Part shown: in pieces, positions 36,756-47,455 of the stretch | Numbering within the stretch: position 1 is the first letter of the stretch | How the letters are laid out: the number at the start of each line of letters is the position of its first letter | Source: Bdellovibrionota bacterium | Lineage (GTDB): Bacteria > Bdellovibrionota_C > UBA2361 > CALJRW01 | DNA length: 64,000 nt | Direction: 5' to 3' | Assembly: GCA_041740355.1 (NCBI GenBank) | Contig: JBGSMD010000051.1 | Location: forward strand, 32,001 to 96,000 | The notes under the pieces: model-generated | Database searches by the model: none | Told to the model about the DNA's origin: nothing | The model's input: only the letters and a program-made list of their open reading frames with translations | Position numbers and translations under genes: made by a program

Positions 36756-38525
36756 CTAATCTTGAATGAATCCACTTACTTGTCGCTCCCAAATTCGTGA
36801 ATATAGACCTTGTTGGGCTAATAACTCTTGATGAGTTCCCGACTCCATCAGTTGACCTTGATCGATAACTAAAATCCGATCCATCATCTGAAGTGTAGAT
36901 AAGCGATGAGCAATGGCAATAACGGTTTTCCCCTTCATAAGTTTTGATAAGGCCGTTTGAATCACCGCCTCACTCTCACTATCAAGTGCACTAGTAGCTT
37001 CATCTAAGACAAGAATTGGGGAGTTCTTTAAAAAAGCGCGCGCAATAGCAATCCTTTGCCTCTGCCCCCCCGAAAGTTTGACTCCCCGTTCACCGACATA
37101 AGTAAAATATTTTTGCGGAAATGATTCAATAAAGTCGGCAGCAAATGCCTGTTCAGCTGCTTCTCGCACATTTGATTCCGTGGCTTTAAAACTTCCGTAA
37201 CGAATATTATCAAAAATTGTACGATGAAATAATTCAGTATTCTGAGGGACATACCCAATGTTCGTTCGTAGGCTATCCAAACTTACTTTAGCGATATCCT
37301 GTTGATCAATTAAGATTTGACCAGAATCTAGATTATGTTGGCGAAGCAATAAACTGACTAATGTTGATTTGCCTGCACCGCTTAGCCCAACTAATCCTAC
37401 TTTTTCGCCGGGATTAACTTTTATATTTAAATGCTTAAAAACTTTATCTTGATTGTAGCCAAAACTAAGATCCCTAAATTCAATTCCACCACTTGCGACT
37501 ATTAATTGCTGATCACTAAATTTATCTTGAATTTCGTATGGCAACAAAATATCATCTAAACCTTCTTGCATTTGCCCATAGTTCTGCAAAGTCGTAGTGA
37601 TGGCATTCCCCAGAAAAAACAATCCCCGCTCTAATGAAACTAAAATTGCCACAATCATCACAATACTTCCTACGCTGATTAGATTTGCTTGCAATAAATA
37701 AACGCAGGCACAAAGCATCATCAACATGAAAACTGCGATTAAGATCGCGTTATAAACTAAGACCCATTCTGCTTCATACCAACTTTTTAAATGTCGTAGT
37801 TGGGAAATTTTAACATAACGACTAATATGCTTTTGTTCAAAAAATACTCCGGGAGCAGTTTGGACTGAGAGAATATTCCCAGTACTATCAATCATTTTGC
37901 CCTTTAACTTGGAGCCAGAATTAGCATCTTGGTAATAATATCTTTTCAATTTAACACCAAGAAAAATATTTATGGCAACAAATAAAATCATCCATCCCGA
38001 AAGGATTAGACTTAGCAAATAATGAGTATTATATGTTAGATATAAATCAGCGAATAATCCGATTAGTAATGGAAAAAAGTTCCACATTGCTTCTCCGGCA
38101 ATAGAGGCAAAGCCATTAGCAACATTGGAGATTTTATTAGCAAGTGCCCCAGCAAACCGGTTGTGGAAATAACTGACAGAATGTCGACTTAGATAATTAA
38201 ATAAATTTTGATTGATATTGGCTTTCGTTTTCGTAATCCAACGCATCCCGGCAAATCCACTAAAGCGCCAGATAATACTATTTAAGAATTGAACCACAGC
38301 ATAAATCACAGCCAATTTCCAAAGGGTAGAATATGGAACTTGCGAATTAGAAGCAGCAATTGCCGTATTAGTAATTGATTGGACCAGAAATATTTTCACA
38401 CGACCAAAAACTGTCGCGATAATCACCCCAAAAACACACAATAAAATCCAAAGTCTTACTGACTTCGTCGATAGGAGTGTAAATTTCCAAGGAGAGTGGA
38501 CAATTGGAGGCTGGGTCATTCCCAC
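36756..38525 (-). CDS. ABC exporter, fused permease/ATPase (MsbA-like)
   Basis: TM domain, GLSGAGKS, LSGGQRQR, LDEATSALD, AHRLST. Confidence 0.95.
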   Translation of the reverse strand: MGMTQPPIVHSPWKFTLLSTKSVRLWILLCVFGVIIATVFGRVKIFLVQSITNTAIAASNSQVPYSTLWKLAVIYAVVQFLNSIIWRFSGFAGMRWITKTKANINQNLFNYLSRHSVSYFHNRFAGALANKISNVANGFASIAGEAMWNFFPLLIGLFADLYLTYNTHYLLSLILSGWMILFVAINIFLGVKLKRYYYQDANSGSKLKGKMIDSTGNILSVQTAPGVFFEQKHISRYVKISQLRHLKSWYEAEWVLVYNAILIAVFMLMMLCACVYLLQANLISVGSIVMIVAILVSLERGLFFLGNAITTTLQNYGQMQEGLDDILLPYEIQDKFSDQQLIVASGGIEFRDLSFGYNQDKVFKHLNIKVNPGEKVGLVGLSGAGKSTLVSLLLRQHNLDSGQILIDQQDIAKVSLDSLRTNIGYVPQNTELFHRTIFDNIRYGSFKATESNVREAAEQAFAADFIESFPQKYFTYVGERGVKLSGGQRQRIAIARAFLKNSPILVLDEATSALDSESEAVIQTALSKLMKGKTVIAIAHRLSTLQMMDRILVIDQGQLMESGTHQELLAQQGLYSRIWERQVSGFIQD

Positions 38526-38593
38526 TTTATAACAAACAGAACTTAGATTTGCAAAAATTACTAAGCGAAGAAATCGATCCGTGCGTTAGAAAT

Positions 38594-39424
38594 CTAAAGG
38601 GGATCATCAAGATTAATCTGCAGATCGGGTACTATCTCCGCAGGAGCAATTTTGAATGTTCCCACAGTTAAAATTTTACCTTTTCTTAAGTTGGCAACTT
38701 TGGCTTTGCTTCTTTTGCCAAGGCTACCTTCTAATTTTTTAGCTTTCCCCTGCCCATAGATAACTTCAACCTGATTGGAGTAGACTCCCAGCGCTGTCCA
38801 AACGGGATCATTAGTTGGAATGATGTAAGCTTCAATTAAATCCTCAATCTCGAAATATTCAATTTTGAAAGGTAGATTATAATTAATTTCTGGACAGATT
38901 TCCGCTAGCTTGGAATCCTTAGTTAAGTTTAAAAAACAATTGGAATTAAAAATTCCTAAATCTGCGACAATTAAACTTAAGTCTAATGCTTGAATATTAT
39001 CTAAGTTGTTAGAATTAAGCTGATAAAGTGATCTTAATCCAATCGCAGCAATTTTTTCAAATTTCTTTTTTCCATTAACTTTTGTGCGCTTTTCTAATAT
39101 TTTTAGTTCTTCTTGATTGCCGGGATTAATAATTGTCTCTCCCAGATAGTAAACATTACTGGCAAGATCGCTGAGGCTCGCAAAATCAATTTTATTAGTA
39201 GCACTACTTAAATTAAAAACTGGTACTGAATTTTTTTTAAGGCCGGTTAATTTGGTTAAATAACTACCATCTGCTAATTTTTGAATTTTGAATTCTCGAA
39301 AATCAGCACCTTTATTGAAAGTAGTAAAACCCTTATAAAAACCGGGTATCCCAATTAAAGTTAAAATAAAAAGAACTAATAACAATAAATTAAGTTTGTG
39401 AATAATTTTTTTTGACATAGACAA
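38594..39424 (-). CDS. Membrane-anchored hypothetical protein
   Basis: N-terminal hydrophobic helix, 276 aa. Confidence 0.65.
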   Translation of the reverse strand: MSMSKKIIHKLNLLLLVLFILTLIGIPGFYKGFTTFNKGADFREFKIQKLADGSYLTKLTGLKKNSVPVFNLSSATNKIDFASLSDLASNVYYLGETIINPGNQEELKILEKRTKVNGKKKFEKIAAIGLRSLYQLNSNNLDNIQALDLSLIVADLGIFNSNCFLNLTKDSKLAEICPEINYNLPFKIEYFEIEDLIEAYIIPTNDPVWTALGVYSNQVEVIYGQGKAKKLEGSLGKRSKAKVANLRKGKILTVGTFKIAPAEIVPDLQINLDDPL

Positions 39425-39543
39425 CGACAGATTAAACTAACTTGGAGTTCTAATTTAGATGTTGTGAATGGGTAAATGGATTTATTCAGGAGGTTAATTG
39501 TTTTAAAAATTGTATAAGATATTTTCTGAATGAATTTAGATAG

Positions 39544-40257
39544 TTATGCGTTCAGTTGGCCTAATCCATAAGCCATAGCCTGTTCTATTCGAAGCATTCG
39601 CGGACCATAATTTACTGGCAGAAAACCATTATCCAGAAAAATTGTTTCCTCTTCAAGTTTCCAACCTTTCTCCGGTCCAATCGCCAAAATAGTTTTATCT
39701 AAGCTTGGTATGCTTACTAAGCGAGACTCAACTTTGGTAGTCGCTAAAAATTTGCCACTTGTTTGATTCAAAGGATCAAGTAAAAAACTATTAAAATAAT
39801 CAGTAAAGTTACGTTCAATAATAATTCTTGGCGCCAGATAATCCCCCGACTGTGCCATACCTAAAGATAAATCATGTTTAAGTTGGCGCTCTTCCCAAAT
39901 TTTAGAATACAAATAATTCTTTTCGGAATTTGCTGAGAAAAGAAAAATGATTTCAGCTATTCCCAAAGTCATTGAGAGCTGTAAGACTTTTTTTACCGTC
40001 TGAGGTCGACATAATCCAATAATAAGCGAAACTGGATTTTTTGCTAATTGATAAGTCGATTCTTGATATGTAATTTCTACCGAATTTTTACTGATCGATT
40101 TTATATGTGCGGTGCCACGACTTTGATTATAAAGGATCGCCGAAATATTCAAACCAAGCTTCAAATCATGTTGCTTGATTAATTCGCGAGCTTCCGCATC
40201 TTGATATGAGTAGTAATCACTGACAAAATGTTCTGAATCTAAAACTAAATAATTCAT
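39544..40257 (-). CDS. rsmE: 16S rRNA m3U1498 methyltransferase (SPOUT)
   Basis: LAIGPEKGW, YGPRMLRIEQA. Confidence 0.8.
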   Translation of the reverse strand: MNYLVLDSEHFVSDYYSYQDAEARELIKQHDLKLGLNISAILYNQSRGTAHIKSISKNSVEITYQESTYQLAKNPVSLIIGLCRPQTVKKVLQLSMTLGIAEIIFLFSANSEKNYLYSKIWEERQLKHDLSLGMAQSGDYLAPRIIIERNFTDYFNSFLLDPLNQTSGKFLATTKVESRLVSIPSLDKTILAIGPEKGWKLEEETIFLDNGFLPVNYGPRMLRIEQAMAYGLGQLNA

Positions 40258-41369
40258 AACTTTGATCTTAATACTTGTTGAATAATTTTTCGTCCAAATT
40301 GACGATAGGTAGTATACTTAGCGGCATAAACTTGGAAATAGGAATCAGCTTGTAAGATTAGATCAGCACTTAGAAAATCTGCATCACTTGTAAATTCAGA
40401 CTTAGCTGGCAAGACGCCCTGCTCTAATTGAACTAAATTTTCAAATTCAAATGAAAATTCTGGACAGGCCTGATTAAAACTTTGAATTGCGGCCAGTTGA
40501 TCTGTTTTCGTAATTTCTTGATTCGCTTTAGCGGTAAATGTTCCTAGGGCAATTAGATTGTTACCACGTGGAACTACAAAAAATTGTCGTCCTTCGCTAC
40601 TGGCAACGGCAAAAGCACTTTCTAAAAGGCGATTATCTTTAAAAATTAAATTAAAAGATTTGCCCCAAAAAATCCTTTTCGGAAAACTTGGAATATTATG
40701 CTTAAGGATCGATTCACTTCCAATTGCAGCTGAGTTCACAACACTTTTAGCTTTGATTTTATTACCATAGCTATCGATTAACTGATAGTAGTCTGGCATT
40801 TTAAAAACCTCAGTAATCTTAGTCGCAGTCACAATCTCAACAAATTCTGTTAAATTGGCTAACTCACGAGTTACTAGTTCTCTGGGATTAAGCATTTGCG
40901 CATCATGCCAAACTAATGCCCAGTGTGAAAATCTCTGCGCTAAAAATGGCAAATAAAGACTCGCAGCGGACTCAGATTTAACATCCGGTCTTGGTAAAGG
41001 GGATTTTAAAAAACGTTGTAGCAGATGATAAATTTTTGCACCGATTATTGCTGGGTATTTACTTTTTAACCCACTAGCGTTTAGCGGCATTAAACAACGA
41101 AGTGCTACAATTAAATCCGGATAAGTAATGAATAACTCACTTTGCGCTTGAATCGACTTAAGGGTCCTCGGGAAATTTAACTTTTGTAGATAACGAAATC
41201 CGCCGTGGATTATTCTTAAACTATTGTCAGAAGTTTCACTGGCAACTTCTGCCTGACTTTCGATTAAAACAGTTTTGATTTTATTTTGGTTAGCAGCGAC
41301 AGCAATACCAATCCCAGTAATTCCAGCACCAATAATTGCTAAATCAAAGATGTGTTCTTCTTTAGACAT
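40254..41369 (-). CDS. FAD-dependent oxidoreductase, glycerol-3-phosphate dehydrogenase-like
   Basis: IIGAGITG, TSDNSLRIIHGGFRYL, KYTTYR. Confidence 0.8.
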   Translation of the reverse strand: MSKEEHIFDLAIIGAGITGIGIAVAANQNKIKTVLIESQAEVASETSDNSLRIIHGGFRYLQKLNFPRTLKSIQAQSELFITYPDLIVALRCLMPLNASGLKSKYPAIIGAKIYHLLQRFLKSPLPRPDVKSESAASLYLPFLAQRFSHWALVWHDAQMLNPRELVTRELANLTEFVEIVTATKITEVFKMPDYYQLIDSYGNKIKAKSVVNSAAIGSESILKHNIPSFPKRIFWGKSFNLIFKDNRLLESAFAVASSEGRQFFVVPRGNNLIALGTFTAKANQEITKTDQLAAIQSFNQACPEFSFEFENLVQLEQGVLPAKSEFTSDADFLSADLILQADSYFQVYAAKYTTYRQFGRKIIQQVLRSKL

Positions 41370-41373
41370 CAGT

Positions 41374-41994
41374 TTATCTTTTTAAAACTAGTAAACCTAG
41401 GTTCATTCGAGAAAGCTGTCGTTCCAGTGGATAATACTTTGGCATATAATCTTGATCTGCTTTAATAAATGAAGGCCGATCGCTTAAGAAGAATTCCGCG
41501 GGAACCGCTTGATCTTGATCAGCAGAATTGCTTTTAAGATTGTGTATTTGTCGCTTAGTAGCTCTCGGTTCTAGGAGTCCAAATCGTCCGTAGTTTAACA
41601 TCTGTAAAAAATAAGCTAAATTACCAATAACTGCAGCACCAAGAGTATCTTTTGGATCAAAATACCTTTTCTGTGGCAGTCCTAATTCTTGAATAAAAAG
41701 ATATAATACTCGAAGTAAGGCTAAACCAGTTAAAGTGGAAAAGATGGTGTTCCAAAAATCAATTTTTAATCCAAGATATTTAATCCCCACTCCAATTATT
41801 ATAACCAGGAAATTACTATATCTTTCTATGGGAATCTGCCCATTAATATTACTGGTTAAACCTAATCCAACTGTTAGATTTTTGGAATCTTGAAAAGAAA
41901 GATAGGCGTCATTGCAAACAAAGGAAAACTGGTAAACCAAAAAAAGGTATAAAATTGTAGCCATGCCAATTATAAATTGGTGCTTAAACTTCAA
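41374..41994 (-). pseudogene. Probable degenerate, internally deleted GT-C membrane glycosyltransferase
   Basis: VCNDAYLSFQDSKNL..GLGL..N...ERYSNFL resembles the DDAYISFRY...VEGYSN motif; only 206 aa. Confidence 0.5.
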
Positions 41995-42143
41995 AATCCC
42001 TCCGCGGGTTTTTGTGTGATTTCCTTAGGCTCAGACTGGTGTTTTGGGAGATGTTCGGAATTATCCTTTGTAAGATACAACATCAGGATTCCTAAAAGGA
42101 TTAGGGCAATCATCTGTAATATTTCTTTAAGTTTTTGAGACAC
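41991..42143 (-). CDS. 50-aa single-TM small protein (not in ORF track)
   Basis: GTG start; SQKLKEILQMIALILLGILMLYLTKDNSEHLPKHQSEPKEITQKPAEGF*; stop overlaps next TTG start (TTGA). Confidence 0.55.
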   Translation of the reverse strand: MSQKLKEILQMIALILLGILMLYLTKDNSEHLPKHQSEPKEITQKPAEGF

Positions 42144-42300
42144 AGTTCTGTTCTTTATTGTTTTAGATCCTAGATGAAAATTAAATTGACCGTTTTAAAA
42201 TCTGTCGGCTAGCATCTCAAGCACTAAGTGTTTGGAGCAATCCTAAGGAACGCTTAGGTTAAAAAGCCTATCAGATAAGCATTTTAACTGGGGAAAACAC

Positions 42301-42381
42301 ATATACTAAAACTCGATAGGCGTAATCAGTTACTAGCTTTTTTCCAACCAGTTCGGTAGAACTTAGTGGGTATTAGTACAT
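42301..42381 (-). repeat. MITE-like family A copy 2 (inverted)
   Basis: TTTTTCCAACCAGTTCGGTAGAACTTAGTGGGTATTAGTACAT aligns to the reverse complement of 21589-21633. Confidence 0.7.
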
Positions 42382-42421
42382 TACATACTATAACAGAAAA
42401 AATAAATCATCCTTCGGCAAT

Positions 42422-43915
42422 ATGTTCATATTACAGAAACTAAAAGATTATTGGATCCATTGCTTACTGTTAATATTAAGCTTCTGCTACAATGGGTACA
42501 TTGCGTCCGAAAGACTGATTACAAGAGATGAAGGCTTTTATCTTTATGCCAGTCAGTTAGTGTCACAAGGGCTACACACCTACCAAGACTTCTTCTACCC
42601 TCAGATGCCTTTACTACCCCTGATTTATAGTTTGTTTTTTAAAATCTTTGGGTCAAGTTGGGAAAATGCGCGCCTACTTAATGCCTTTTTTGCCAGCTGT
42701 TTAGGAATCACAATTTTTAGCTATGTAAAATTGAAATTTAAATTAAGCTATGCCCTGCTAGCATTGTTACTTTTTCTAACTTCTAATTATACGATAGCTT
42801 GGCTAAGTGTTTCCCAAACATATGCGCCAGCACTTCTTTGCTTGCTAATCAGCTTTTATTATTTAAGCCGTGGTAAATTGTCACAGGTTGATGTGATGAC
42901 CGCGGCTGCCTTCTTGGCTTATGCTGTTCAAATTCGTTTATTCTTCGTCGCAATTATTCCAATTTACCTGGGGGCATTAATCTTTAACTCCAAATCATTC
43001 TCCGACAAGCAAAAGGATTTGCTTATTTTCATCGGCGTAATGTTAGTTTTTTCAATTCCAACATTATCTTTAGCGTGGTCTAACTGGGACTCTTTTTATT
43101 TTAACAATTTAGGCTATCACTTAGATCGAAGCAACCTCTCAGCTGCCGATGTTACTGCTAATAAATTACAAGTTTTTCTTGTTACATTGGGACTCACTCC
43201 AACACTCAAATTCTCTGCTTGGCAGTTACCACTATTAATTTACTGCTCAACAGCAGCGACAATATTTATTTTCATCAAAGATCGTCGAGTTCCATTAGCA
43301 TTTATCTTAATGACTAGTTTATTTTTCTTAAATCTTTTGCCGAACCCTGTTTATGTCCAATATTTTGCAACATTATTACCTTTTGCAATAATTGGTGCAG
43401 TTACGCTAATCTCTTTAATTCCTAAAAACTCCCTGAAAATTGGACTGACAATCCTATTGCTCGCTATTTATTTTTATCAATTACCAGCAGATTACCTGCG
43501 CCATCTTAAAACTGGAGAAAACCTAATTGGGATTATGAATCAAAATCAAGCCGATCATTATAATTTAAAGAATCTAAAAGTAATTACAAAAAACCTTCAA
43601 GTAGCATGTGATGCTAAACAAGAAGTAATTGGATTTTGGCCAGGCTACCTGGTTGGCACAAGCTGTCGTGCTTACCCTGGCACTGAAAATCATTTCGGAA
43701 TCCAAATTGCTGACAAACTTACTTTAGAGCAACAAACAAAATATTTAGTACTAAGTAATCAGAGGATAAATCAAGCCATCTTGGACGAGAAAGCTCCCCT
43801 TGTCCTCCTTGGTAAAAGAGAAGAGAATAGCGTCAAGCTCCGACAGCTTCTAGACCAAGCTAAGTATCAAAGCATCTGGAAAGATGCAGGAGTCGAATTA
43901 TTTGAAAGAAGCTAA
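42422..43915 (+). CDS. GT-C fold (ArnT/PMT-like) membrane glycosyltransferase
   Basis: TRDEGFYLY, YQDFFYPQMP, many TM helices. Confidence 0.8.
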   Translation: MFILQKLKDYWIHCLLLILSFCYNGYIASERLITRDEGFYLYASQLVSQGLHTYQDFFYPQMPLLPLIYSLFFKIFGSSWENARLLNAFFASCLGITIFSYVKLKFKLSYALLALLLFLTSNYTIAWLSVSQTYAPALLCLLISFYYLSRGKLSQVDVMTAAAFLAYAVQIRLFFVAIIPIYLGALIFNSKSFSDKQKDLLIFIGVMLVFSIPTLSLAWSNWDSFYFNNLGYHLDRSNLSAADVTANKLQVFLVTLGLTPTLKFSAWQLPLLIYCSTAATIFIFIKDRRVPLAFILMTSLFFLNLLPNPVYVQYFATLLPFAIIGAVTLISLIPKNSLKIGLTILLLAIYFYQLPADYLRHLKTGENLIGIMNQNQADHYNLKNLKVITKNLQVACDAKQEVIGFWPGYLVGTSCRAYPGTENHFGIQIADKLTLEQQTKYLVLSNQRINQAILDEKAPLVLLGKREENSVKLRQLLDQAKYQSIWKDAGVELFERS

Positions 43916-43998
43916 GATACTAAAATCCATTAAGAATTGACCTGACTGCTTGGTAAAATGCAGGATGAATTTTTCAGTTTATTAGGGTTTTATTATAT
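43916..43998 (+). repeat. MITE-like family A copy 3
   Basis: GATACTAAAATCCATTAAG...ACTGCTTGGTAAAATGCA...AGTTTATTAGGGTTTTATTATAT aligns to 21589-21700. Confidence 0.75.
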
Positions 43999-44052
43999 TT
44001 CGTCGGTATTACTCCAATTGAGATAATAATTTACGTAAAGGAAAAAAATAAA

Positions 44053-45111
44053 ATGACTAACACAAAAGCTTATGCCGCCTTCGAAGCAAAAAGTGACCTT
44101 AAGCCCTTCTCTTTAGAACGTCGAAATCCTACTGATCAAGATGTACAAATTGAAATTTTATATTGTGGTGTTTGCCACTCCGACTTACACACTGCTCTTG
44201 GTGAATGGCCAGGAAGTGTTTATCCGGTTGTTCCAGGACATGAGATTGTTGGTCGGGTTACAACTTTAGGTTCAAAAGTTAGTAACTTTAAAATCGGTGA
44301 ATTAGTCGGAGTTGGTTGCTTAGTTGATTCCTGTCAAGACTGCGCCAGTTGCAATGAAGGATATGAACAATTTTGTGACCAAGGTGGAATGGTATTCACT
44401 TACAATAGTCCTGACAAACATTTGCCTGGTAAAATGACCTATGGTGGCTACTCGACAGAAATAGTTGTAAATCAAAAATTTGTTCTAAAGGTTTCTGATA
44501 AACTGGATGCGGCCGCTGTTGCTCCACTACTTTGCGCCGGTATTACGACATATTCCCCACTTCGTCATTGGAAAGTTGGTAAAGGACAAAAAGTTGGGAT
44601 TGTTGGGCTCGGAGGGCTTGGGCATATGGGTCTTAAATTTGCTCATGCCTTTGGCGCAGAAACAGTTTTATTTACGACTTCCGAAAGTAAAATAGCCGAT
44701 GCTAAAAGATTTGGAGCAGATCATGTGGTGATTTCTAAAAACCAAGATCAAATGAACAAGCATGCCAATAGTTTTGATTTTATTTTAAATACAGTTGCTG
44801 CCTCACACAACTTGGATGATTATACTGCATTATTAAAGAGAGACGGAACTATGTGTTTAGTTGGTGTTCCCGAACATGCCCATCCAAGTCCAAATGTTGG
44901 TAATTTAATTTTTCGTCGTCGTAGTATTGCTGGTTCATTAATTGGTGGCATTAAAGAAACTCAAGAAATGTTAGATTTCTGTGCGGAACATAATATTGTT
45001 TCTGATATTGAAATGATTTCCATGTCGGAAATTAACGAAGCTTATACACGGATGGTTAAAAGTGATGTTAAGTATCGATTTGTGATCGATCTGGCATCAC
45101 TAAAGAATTAG
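44053..45111 (+). CDS. Zn-dependent NAD(P)H alcohol dehydrogenase (YahK/CAD-like)
   Basis: GVCHSD, GHEIVG, CxxCxxC, PLLCAGIT, GLGGLG. Confidence 0.95.
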   Translation: MTNTKAYAAFEAKSDLKPFSLERRNPTDQDVQIEILYCGVCHSDLHTALGEWPGSVYPVVPGHEIVGRVTTLGSKVSNFKIGELVGVGCLVDSCQDCASCNEGYEQFCDQGGMVFTYNSPDKHLPGKMTYGGYSTEIVVNQKFVLKVSDKLDAAAVAPLLCAGITTYSPLRHWKVGKGQKVGIVGLGGLGHMGLKFAHAFGAETVLFTTSESKIADAKRFGADHVVISKNQDQMNKHANSFDFILNTVAASHNLDDYTALLKRDGTMCLVGVPEHAHPSPNVGNLIFRRRSIAGSLIGGIKETQEMLDFCAEHNIVSDIEMISMSEINEAYTRMVKSDVKYRFVIDLASLKN

Positions 45112-45191
45112 TTATTTTTTAGAATTCAATTTTTGCTAAATCCATATTTTTTAGGTTACAGTAGCGTAAATTAGAATTGTAAATAGGAATT

Positions 45192-46541
45192 ATGACTGTA
45201 AAAATTATTGGAGCAGGACTTGCTGGAAGCGAGGCAGCTTGGCAATTAGTAAAACGAAATATCCCGGTAAAAATTTTTGAAATGCGTCCGACAGTTTCTA
45301 CTAAAGCCCATCATACGGGACTTTGCGCGGAACTAGTTTGCTCTAATTCACTTAAAAATTCCAAACTAGATAATGCGGCTGGCTTGATGAAAGAAGAGAT
45401 GCGGCTTTTAGGTTCATTAATCTTAGAAGCTGCTGCCTTTGCCGAAGTTCCAGCCGGAGGTGCCTTAGCTGTCGATCGATTAGTATTTGCCGAGTACATC
45501 GATCAAAAAATTAAAAGTCATCCCCTAATTACTTTTGTAGAAAAAGAATTGCAAGAAATTCCGGAATCAAGTTTAGAAAACCCTGTTATTATTGCAACGG
45601 GGCCGCTTACTTCCAAAGCAATGACAAATTCTATTGCTAAGCTAATTGATTCTCCGAACTTAGCTTTTTTTGATGCAATTGCACCAATCTTTTTTAGGGA
45701 ATCACTGGATTTAAATTTACTATTTAAAATGTCTCGCTACGGTAAAGGTGGTGACGATTATTACAACATTCCCTTAGAGAAAGATCATTACAATTCCTTT
45801 ATTGATCAAATTATCCAAGCCGAAAAGTACAGCGGGAATCAATTAGTGGAGAGTGACTCCCCCGAGGAATTGCGTCCTTTTGAAGGTTGTATGCCGATTG
45901 AAGATATTATTTTAAGAGGAAGAGAAACACTTCGCCATGGACCATTAAAACCAAAAGGCCTGATTGATCCACGAACAGACAGACCTCCTTACGCCGCAGT
46001 CCAACTGCGACAAGACGATCTGCAAGGAAATACTTGGAGTATGGTAGGCATGCAAACTCGGATGAAACGCCATGAACAGGAACGAATTATTCGTCAGCTA
46101 CCAGGAATGGAAAATGCCGAATTTGTTCGCTACGGTTCATTCCATCGCAATACTTTTATTGACTCACCAAATTGCTTAAATGCGACTTTAGAACTTCGTA
46201 AAAAACCAGGGTTGTTTTTTGCAGGGCAAATCAATGGAACTGAAGGCTACATTGAATCGGCAATTGGAGGAATTCTGGCTGGAATTAATGCAGCCCGACG
46301 AATACAAAATCTGGAGCCAGTAATCTTACCAATTGAAACCGCAGGTGGGAGTATCTTTAATTATATTAGCGACCCTACTCGCAAAGACTTTCAACCAATG
46401 AATATAACTTACGGAGTAATGCCTAGTTATCATCAGCTTCTGGCCGAATTTCCAAAGATGAATAAACACGACAAGCGAATGCGATGTAGTAACCAGGCAC
46501 TCGATACTTTAAAAACTTTTATCTCTGCGAATAATATTTAA
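45192..46541 (+). CDS. trmFO: Folate/FAD-dependent tRNA m5U54 methyltransferase
   Basis: GAGLAGSEAAWQL, ELVCSNS, FEGCMPIE, HRNTF, GTEGY. Confidence 0.95.
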   Translation: MTVKIIGAGLAGSEAAWQLVKRNIPVKIFEMRPTVSTKAHHTGLCAELVCSNSLKNSKLDNAAGLMKEEMRLLGSLILEAAAFAEVPAGGALAVDRLVFAEYIDQKIKSHPLITFVEKELQEIPESSLENPVIIATGPLTSKAMTNSIAKLIDSPNLAFFDAIAPIFFRESLDLNLLFKMSRYGKGGDDYYNIPLEKDHYNSFIDQIIQAEKYSGNQLVESDSPEELRPFEGCMPIEDIILRGRETLRHGPLKPKGLIDPRTDRPPYAAVQLRQDDLQGNTWSMVGMQTRMKRHEQERIIRQLPGMENAEFVRYGSFHRNTFIDSPNCLNATLELRKKPGLFFAGQINGTEGYIESAIGGILAGINAARRIQNLEPVILPIETAGGSIFNYISDPTRKDFQPMNITYGVMPSYHQLLAEFPKMNKHDKRMRCSNQALDTLKTFISANNI

Positions 46542-46542
46542 A

Positions 46543-46875
46543 ATGGATACACAGAAAACTTCCCCGACAACATTTAATTGGTTTCGAAAAATTGCTTATA
46601 TCGAAGGTTGGTCCTACTTATTATTACTAGGCATCGCTATGCCACTAAAGTATTTTGCAGGCTACCCATTTGCAGTTAAAATTGTAGGGGCACTTCACGG
46701 CATGCTATTTGTGGTCATGGCATTACTAGGAATACTAGTGCTCATTCAGTACAAAAAAAATATCCTTTGGCTAGCAAAAGCCTTTATTGCTTCAATTATA
46801 CCTTTTGGTACTTTCTACCAAGATCGTGAATGGAAAAATGAAGTAAATAGCCTAATTCCAAAAAAAACTAGCTAA
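46543..46875 (+). CDS. DUF3817-family membrane protein
   Basis: EGWSYLLLLGIAMPLKY, GALHG, ASIIPFGTF. Confidence 0.85.
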   Translation: MDTQKTSPTTFNWFRKIAYIEGWSYLLLLGIAMPLKYFAGYPFAVKIVGALHGMLFVVMALLGILVLIQYKKNILWLAKAFIASIIPFGTFYQDREWKNEVNSLIPKKTS

Positions 46876-46952
46876 ATTACAATAAAATTAGCCTAAAGTT
46901 CTATAGCTATTTCACCGAATACTATTAAGTTAATTATTTTTAGGAGTAGCCA

Positions 46953-47384
46953 ATGGGGATTACAACAGAAGTACAAAAAGCACCTGACATAGCGGCTTTT
47001 TATCGCAATGCACCTGGCACAGACCACGTAAATAAACTGGAAAAAGCAGGGAATTCTTCAACAGAAGATTTATTTTTTAGTGCTTCTCGCCAAAGGACAG
47101 ATGCTTTAAAGAATCTGGTCGAAGTTGGACGAATCTTAATTGTAGATGATGGAAATCGTCTTCAAAAAGGTAATGTTGTTGAAGTTAGACTATCAGAGAG
47201 AAGTGACCATCAATATAAACTGAGAGTTTTAGAAAATGCCGGGACAGCCTCTGGCGATAAAGTCTCTTGGGTGCATGTTCGACCTAACACCACAGTAAAT
47301 GGACATGCTCCTAATTTTGATAGCTATTTACTAGAAACAGTTATGGCCGCAAAAACAGCAGCTGCTGTATTGAAAGCTAGTTAA
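46953..47384 (+). CDS. Hypothetical protein
   Basis: 143-aa ORF with AGGAG ribosome-binding site. Confidence 0.65.
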   Translation: MGITTEVQKAPDIAAFYRNAPGTDHVNKLEKAGNSSTEDLFFSASRQRTDALKNLVEVGRILIVDDGNRLQKGNVVEVRLSERSDHQYKLRVLENAGTASGDKVSWVHVRPNTTVNGHAPNFDSYLLETVMAAKTAAAVLKAS

Positions 47385-47455
47385 GACTAGTTAGTAAGCA
47401 AGTTAGCTTAAGATCAACATCTATACTATAAAAGGTCGAGCTCTATCTTTCTATC

